Of a stretch of 64,000 nucleotides of DNA, positions 58,290 to 64,000 are shown piece after piece. Within the stretch, counting starts at the first letter, position 1, and every line of letters starts with the position of its first letter. Both the position numbers and the translations under genes were made by a program. Source of the DNA: Vulcanimicrobiota bacterium (GTDB taxonomy: Bacteria > Vulcanimicrobiota > Vulcanimicrobiia > Vulcanimicrobiales > Vulcanimicrobiaceae). The notes under the pieces are model-generated. The model ran no database searches, was not told the origin of the DNA, and saw only the letters and a list, made by a program, of their open reading frames with translations. Location of the stretch: assembly GCA_963786105.1 (NCBI GenBank), contig CAWAXX010000012.1:194999-258998 (forward strand), written 5' to 3'.

Positions 58290-59246
58290 TCAAGCGTAAT
58301 TCGCATCAAAACGAATGCCAGACCGAAGAATGCCGTAGGCGATGACCAGGAGCTTGCGCATGACGGCACCGATGATCAACAGCTTGTGCTTCCCCGCAGA
58401 AGACAGCCGCTCGGCGAAGATCCGAAGAGCTGGATTGAAGCGAAGAGCCACCATCGCCGGCATGAAGAGCGCCTTGCGAAGGCGAGCGTTGCCGGTCTTG
58501 CACAGTCGCGGACGGCCATGGATGGACGTTCCTGACTGCCGATCCCGCGGCGACAGCCCCGCGAATGCTGCGATTGCCTTAGCCGACTCGAATCGATCGA
58601 TATGTGGAATCTCCGAAAGAATGGACGCGGCGGTTACTTTGCCGATTCCGGGAATCGACGTCAAGAGATCGCGTTTGCGGCGCAGATCGGGATGATCATC
58701 GAAATGCTGGCGGATCTCCCGCTCGACTCGGGCAATCTGCTCGTCAAGCGTGGCAATGACCTCGCGGATCGAGGCCGTCACGACGGTCGCGTCTGACGAT
58801 TGCGCGTAAACCGATTGCTGCGCCCGAGTCGTCTTGAGATGCTCATAATGTCGCGCAAGTGCCTGTAGAATACGGATTTCCGGCGCCGGCGGAATCCACG
58901 GCTCAGGGCTCTGACTCTTACAAAAACGTGCAATGAGTGCAGCGTCAACCGCGTCGGTCTTGGTGCGGAGCAGCTCGCTCTGGGCGAACGCCTTGATCCG
59001 AGCCGGATTGACCACATTGACGCGCTGCTCAAGACCATGAAGATATAACGCTAGTGCTTCCCAATAGGCGCCCGTCGCCTCCATGCAAATGTGCACCTCG
59101 ACGACTTGACGATTCTTAAGCCAAATCGTCAGCTGCTCGAAGCCCTTCGGCGCGTTCGGAAAAACTTTCTTCGCCCCAGCGCGATCGTCTAAAAGATACG
59201 CGTGAAACGTTTCCTTCGACAGATCGATTCCCACGAATGACGCCAT
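58290..59246 (-). CDS. IS110 DEDD recombinase/transposase (318 aa)
   Basis: GIDLSK, MEATG, KTDAVD (DEDD); SIPGIG, AFAGL, SGTS, GNARLR, RKLL; GGAGG before ATG 59246. Confidence 0.95.
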   Translation of the reverse strand: MASFVGIDLSKETFHAYLLDDRAGAKKVFPNAPKGFEQLTIWLKNRQVVEVHICMEATGAYWEALALYLHGLEQRVNVVNPARIKAFAQSELLRTKTDAVDAALIARFCKSQSPEPWIPPAPEIRILQALARHYEHLKTTRAQQSVYAQSSDATVVTASIREVIATLDEQIARVEREIRQHFDDHPDLRRKRDLLTSIPGIGKVTAASILSEIPHIDRFESAKAIAAFAGLSPRDRQSGTSIHGRPRLCKTGNARLRKALFMPAMVALRFNPALRIFAERLSSAGKHKLLIIGAVMRKLLVIAYGILRSGIRFDANYA

Positions 59247-59274
59247 GCCGCTCAACCTCCCTGACAGCGCCCTT

Positions 59275-59414
59275 TCTGGATCGACCTTGTGCATTCGAGC
59301 TGACCGACTATGCGGCGCCCACGATACCGTCCGATCTCTCTGGACGCAACGGGCAGGCCGCCTATCTATCCCGCAGAGTTCGAACCCCTAGGAGCTAACC
59401 AGCGTGACCTGCCT
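59275..59414 (-). ncRNA. Predicted bridge RNA
   Basis: Stem GGCAGGTC/GGCCTGCC encloses target guides TTAGCTCCT and GCGGGATAG; stem GATCGG/TCGATC encloses donor guides ACGGTATC and ACAAG. Confidence 0.8.
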
Positions 59415-59547
59415 ATCTCCATAATACAAGGAGTTGGCGAGGTCAAAACGGACCCCCCTACTCTAGGCCGGCTGAGCAAAGATACAAGCCGCTGTGATCT
59501 GAGCGGATAAGCTGCGAGGCTGCTGCGAGCGAAGCTTCCGCTGTGCG

Positions 59548-59604
59548 AGGCGCTCGCAGCTTTAGTGGCGCCACGATCGGTGGCGTGGCTGCGAGGTGGC
59601 TAGG
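59548..59604. repeat. 57-bp direct repeat, copy 1
   Basis: 51/57 identical to 60666-60722 by manual alignment. Confidence 0.85.
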
Positions 59605-59648
59605 ATTGGGGGCTAACTGATCCTTCGGGTTCGCGGAGCGCAGCGAAG

Positions 59649-60137
59649 CTACATCTTCATGTCGCAATGCTTCGTGTCATCCGATCCGTGGTCGCGTTGC
59701 TGTGCGGCAAGCCAATCGTGGACGGCTGACACCATTTCGCGATCTGCACTACTGAAGGTGATCGCCGCGCCTGTTGGCGTTTCAAAATAGCGAACCGATA
59801 CCCGCGCCGCGCCAGACTCCAACTTGGCTAGACCCGGCATCATCTTACCGTGAATGTACGCGGGGTCCGAATAGTCGCCGCGAGCGAACTTCGCGGCTTC
59901 TGCAAGCAAATGCGAACGTACAAGTGCGATCTGCGTTGGTTCCATGTTGTTAACCATAACTTCGACGACGCCGCCATTGGAGCTTGGTAGAAACATATGC
60001 TTAGCGGTACTCATGTTGAAGGGCATGATCTGCGCGCCGTGGATCATAACGGCATTCTGATTCGCCGACGGCGTGTCGGCATAGGCTGGGCTGGTCAAGG
60101 CCGCAAACGCCGCGATAGATAGCAGTTCAATTCTCAT
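59649..60137 (-). CDS. Secreted His/Met-rich hypothetical protein
   Basis: Signal peptide; MPF…H.F…GG…RSHL…F..GDYSDPAYIHG..MPGL…HDWL.AQ..DHG. Confidence 0.75.
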   Translation of the reverse strand: MRIELLSIAAFAALTSPAYADTPSANQNAVMIHGAQIMPFNMSTAKHMFLPSSNGGVVEVMVNNMEPTQIALVRSHLLAEAAKFARGDYSDPAYIHGKMMPGLAKLESGAARVSVRYFETPTGAAITFSSADREMVSAVHDWLAAQQRDHGSDDTKHCDMKM

Positions 60138-60585
60138 TTAAAACCTCAGTCAGAATGGATAGGGACTCAAGGACGGACGCCCGCTGGTGCTCTGGTATCG
60201 CCGCAAAGACTTTTGAGAACCTCGCAGCGCGCGATGCGGCCAGGCTCCGGGCTACTCTGGAACCAAGTGGCGTCAACCGCAGTCGTAAGATACGCGAGTC
60301 ATCCTTATCACGTGCGCGTTCAAGCCAACCCCGACTCTCTAGGATTGCTGCGATTCGGCTGACTGTGCTCTTCTCTAGGCGAAGCCGCGCCGCCAGGCCA
60401 TTCTGTGATATCCGTGGCTCTCGTGATAGTTCAAGAACGGCCTGCGCTTCTGCGACGGCAATTGGCTGGCCACACGGTGTTTGGTCAGGTCTGTGCAGCC
60501 CGAGGCTGCGTATGAGCGAAACAATTTCTTCCTGAAAGGAAACCGTCTGCGGCTTGACTTCTTTACGATTAGTTCGACTTTGCAA
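60127..60585 (-). CDS. MarR-family transcriptional regulator
   Basis: SQNGLAARLRLEKSTVSR…LESRGWL…DSR…LTPLG. Confidence 0.9.
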   Translation of the reverse strand: MQSRTNRKEVKPQTVSFQEEIVSLIRSLGLHRPDQTPCGQPIAVAEAQAVLELSREPRISQNGLAARLRLEKSTVSRIAAILESRGWLERARDKDDSRILRLRLTPLGSRVARSLAASRAARFSKVFAAIPEHQRASVLESLSILTEVLNEN

Positions 60586-60622
60586 CAGTTCGATAGTACA
60601 ACTGTTTAGGGCTGAGCGTCAA
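60584..60622 (-). promoter_or_regulatory. marR promoter with overlapping palindromic operator
   Basis: TTGACG-18-TACTAT on the minus strand; palindrome AACAGTT-N9-AACTGTT (60584-60606) covers the -10. Confidence 0.6.
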
Positions 60623-60665
60623 GCAACCGATCCCGATCAGCAGACGGCCTAGCGGTCGCGAAGCA

Positions 60666-60722
60666 AGGCGCTCGCAGCTGCAATGGCGCCACGATCGGCG
60701 GCGTGGCTGCGGGGCGGCTAGG
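60666..60722. repeat. 57-bp direct repeat, copy 2
   Basis: Matches 59548-59604. Confidence 0.85.
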
Positions 60723-60779
60723 CTCTCGGCCGGTGTAACGCCTGGCAATCGGCGCGGAGCTCGCGCGGCTGGGGTGCTG

Positions 60780-63532
60780 CTAAACCTTCAGTGCTTCCTC
60801 GACGGCCTGATCTTCGGACCACGTTGTGCCGTCTGCCGCGAGTTGTGCAATCTCGTCTTCGCCGAGCGTCTCTGACAACGCCGCCATGAGTTTGTCGTAG
60901 CTCTGTTGCTCTAGTGCGTCGCGTTGCATTTCCAGCGCGGTGTATTGTGCGTCCACGTAGCCGCGCAAGCGCGCACTGCGGCGTGCGTCGCCGCCCAGCA
61001 CGGCCAGCTGCGCAAGAAGCTGCAGCGCAAAGGTGATGAGTGATTCATGCTCGTACTTGCTCGGGCCAAACGCAATCCCTCGCGCGCGGAGTCGCGGGCT
61101 GCGCTGAGGTCGCCAAGCGCGATCTGGTACCCAGCCAAGTTGGCGTAGTCGACGGCTAGGTGGATTGCGTTCTTCCCGCGCGCATGGATCTCAAGTGCTT
61201 GGCTTGCGGCTTGCAGCGCCAGCTCGGGATGCCCCTCGGCAAACTCCAGCATCGCTAGATTGCCCAGCACAGTTGCAGTCGCCGCCTCGTTCCCAATGGC
61301 CTTGAAGGCCGCCAGCGCTTGCGCGTAGAGCTCGCGCGCTGCGGGAACATCGCCGCGATCCATGACGATGCCCGCCTGTATGTCAAGACAGGACGCCACC
61401 TGATACGCTTTTCCACACGCACGCAACGCCGCCAGTGCTTGTTCGATTACGGCTTGTGCTTCATCGAGCCGGCCCATTTGAAAAAGTGCAAACGCCAGTG
61501 TCCTCTGCGCATCAGCGGTCCCGCGAGCGTCGCCCACCGACGCATACAGCGCGCATCGCCCGTTCGGCCATGTCATACCTGCGCTGGCCGGATTCAAGTT
61601 GGCTCAGCGCGTGCCACAGTTGCGCCGCGACGTGGGGATGTTCGGCTTCGTTCACGCGTTCGAGCGCAAGTGAGATCCAATAGCGCCCCTCGACGGAAAG
61701 GCCGGTGCTCCACCAAACATGTATCAGTGCGCCGGCGATGGCCCCGCCCAGCACGGCGTCGTTGCCGCGCGTGAGCGTCCACTCAAGCGCGGCCCGGTCG
61801 TTGTCGAGCTCCAGCTCGGCGGCGCCAACCCACGCATACTCTGAGCCCGTGCCCCAGCGTTCCTCGGCGGCGAGAGCCTGATCGCGGAAATGCTCGGCAT
61901 GACGGCGCGTCAGCGCCTCGCGCTCTCCCGCCGCACCGAGTTTCTCAAGGGCATAGGCGGCGGTGGATTCGAGCAGCCGGTAGCGCTCTGTGTCGCCGCT
62001 GGTATCCGCTACGACCAGCGACTTATCGGTCAGCGATGCGAGCAAGTCTAAGATGTCGATTTCATCGAGGTCCTCAGCGCCGCAGATAGTAGTCGCGGCC
62101 TCCAAGCCGAAGCCGCCGGCGAAGACACCCAACCGCGCGAACAACAGCTGTTCTTGCGGCGTGAGCAGGTCGTAGCTCCAGTCGATGAGGGCGCTCAGCG
62201 TCTTCTGGCGCGGCAGCGCATCGCGGCTGCCGCCGGTGAGAATGCGAAACCGTTCGTTGAGCCGCTGCGCGAGGTTGGGGATTGAGAGCACTTTGACGCG
62301 CGCGGCCGCCAGTTCGATCGCCAGCGGAATGCCATCCAGCCGCCGGCAGATCTCGGCAACGGTCGGGGCGGTGGTGTCGGTCAGCGTAAAGCGCGTATCG
62401 ACGGCCGTGGCGCGATTGACGAACAGCAGGATGGCGCCGTAGCGCATCGCCTGGTCAACTGTTAGGCCGGCTACGTCGGCGGGGAGCGGCAGCGATGGCA
62501 GCCGATGCATGGTTTCGCCGGCGATGTCGAGCGCCTGGCGCGACGTGGCCAGTATCGACACCTGCGGCGCGGTGGCGAGAATCGAGGCGACGAGCTTGGC
62601 CACCGGCGCTACGACGTGTTCGCAGTTATCGAAGATGATCGAGCAGTTTTTTCGGTTTGAGCCAGTGCGCAATCGCCTCGTCAACGCGCTGGCCCGGCTG
62701 CTGGCGCATGCCTAAGGCTTGCGCGGTCACGCTCGACACCAGCTCCGGATCGGAGATCGGTGCCAGATCGACAAACCACACGCCGTCGGGATAGCGATCG
62801 AGCAGCTCCGCGCCGACATGCAAAGCCAGCCGGGTCTTGCCCAGGCCGCCCGAACCGACCAGCGTGAGCAAACGGTGGCGCTCGAGCAGTTCGGTGACGT
62901 CGGCGATGTCCTGCTCGCGCCCGACGAAGCTGGTGTTCTGGATCGGAAGATTGTTGGGGCGCGCATCCAGCGAGCGCAGCGCGGGGAACTCGGTCTGTAG
63001 CGTTTCAATACTAAGCTGCCACACGTGTTCGGGCTCGATAAGGTCTTTGAGCCGGTGCGAGCCGAGATCGAGCAGCTCCGTTTGCTCGGGCATCTCACCG
63101 CGCACCAGCGATGCCGTCGAGCCCGAGACGCACCACTTGGCTGCCGTGCGCGACTGCCAGCAATCGTGCCACGCGGTTGACCGTCGGACCGAAGTAATCG
63201 CCGTCGCGTTCGTCGGTCGTGCCGCTGTGCAGCGCCATGCGCACCGTCAGTCCGCCGATCGCGCTCCAATCCTCGTCCGCGAGCGCGCGCTGCGCGTCGG
63301 CCGCCGCCGTCACCGCATCCGAAGCGCTCGAGAACGTGGCGCAAAAGGCATCGCCGACGGTTTTGAACACGTAGCCGTTGCGCGCTTCGATCGCGCTGCG
63401 CAGCAACTCGTCATGGCGGCGCAGCGCGTCGGGCATCGCCGCACGCTGCTGCTCCCAGTGCTGCGTGCTGCCCTCGATATCGGTAAAGAGTAGCGTAACC
63501 GTCCCGCTTGGAAGCGGGGCTCTCAGCGCCAT
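60780..63532 (-). pseudogene. Adenylate/guanylate cyclase + NB-ARC/STAND ATPase + TPR gene, multiply frameshifted
   Basis: LFTDIEGST, GDAF, NRVARL; GSGGLGKT; DNCEH; LDGIPLAIELAAAR; split over five ORFs with breaks near 63125, 62650, 61550 and 61040. Confidence 0.88.
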
Positions 63533-63580
63533 GGGCGGACGTTCAAAGGAAGGGCCAACGTGGCCTGGCACCCCAAGCTC

Positions 63581-63715
63581 TCACGCACGAACCAAAGCGG
63601 TCAATGCCTCCCAATGCCTCGGATGGGGTACCCGTGTTCCAGCGCGAATGCGCGAGCAGGCGGCGAGCGACAGTCCCGTAGCCTTAGCAATTTGGCTCAG
63701 CGAATAGGCATCGAG
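63581..63715 (-). pseudogene. HTH C-terminus remnant (copy 2)
   Basis: LDAYSLSQIAKATGLSLAACSRIRAGTRVPHPRHWEALTALVRA*; no start or upstream body. Confidence 0.6.
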
Positions 63716-64000
63716 CTCTGGTTTTGTGGGTCTCGTGGGGGCCGACCGGGATGCGGCGATGGGCTCGCGCGGGCATTGCGTGGCCTAGGAGGCGCGGGAT
63801 CGACGGCGGATGACCATTTGTCGTCGCGCGAGCTAGGGCGCGCGGCGGCCCTCGCAACGGCGTTGCACCGTTGTTACACTTACGCGGTTTAACGCAGCGT
63901 AACTCAGCTTCACACGGCAGACCGTCATCCGCCAAGAAACCTTACGGGACCAACTTTTTTGCTACGCGCTGTTACTCGTCCGTCTGTTCGGATTCGGATT

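Larger units (their letters stand above)
58273..59430 (-). mobile_element. Complete IS110-family (IS621-like) element
   Basis: CT core at both boundaries (AG on + at 58273-4 and 59429-30); joined ends give ACGGTAT-CT-TGTAT and TTGACG-17-TATTAT. Confidence 0.9.

Overview
GC-rich bacterial chromosome segment. The family content (SWMxPxA-type beta-propeller lipoprotein, phosphoesterase, cyclase-NB-ARC-TPR protein) suggests Eremiobacterota, but that is an inference. Bases 1-42 kb are mostly core genes: glyoxylate shunt aceA/aceB, two membrane glycosyltransferases, tricorn protease, two GH125 paralogues, a MeaB + split B12 acyl-CoA mutase with isobutyryl-CoA-mutase signature residues, gltX, glmU, pth-rplY-prs, uvrB, uvrA, ligA, nnr, acpS, birA, ndk and eno. 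Two families of small palindromic intergenic repeats are also present. Bases 42-64 kb are accessory DNA anchored at tRNA(CAT) and tRNA-Glu(TTC), each followed by a tyrosine-integrase remnant. Best-supported highlight: a complete, compact IS110 (IS621-like) element at 58273-59430 whose bridge-RNA target and donor guides can be read off and match the actual flanks and ends. Other highlights: two decayed copies of an HTH C-terminus (…RVPHPRHW) resembling solo-Cas1 proteins inside the tRNA-Glu island; an ~83-bp repeat whose flanks are inverted copies of the neighbouring gene's 3' end; a nearly perfectly symmetric three-repeat beta-trefoil; and two apparent CTG starts. No CRISPR array or rRNA was seen.
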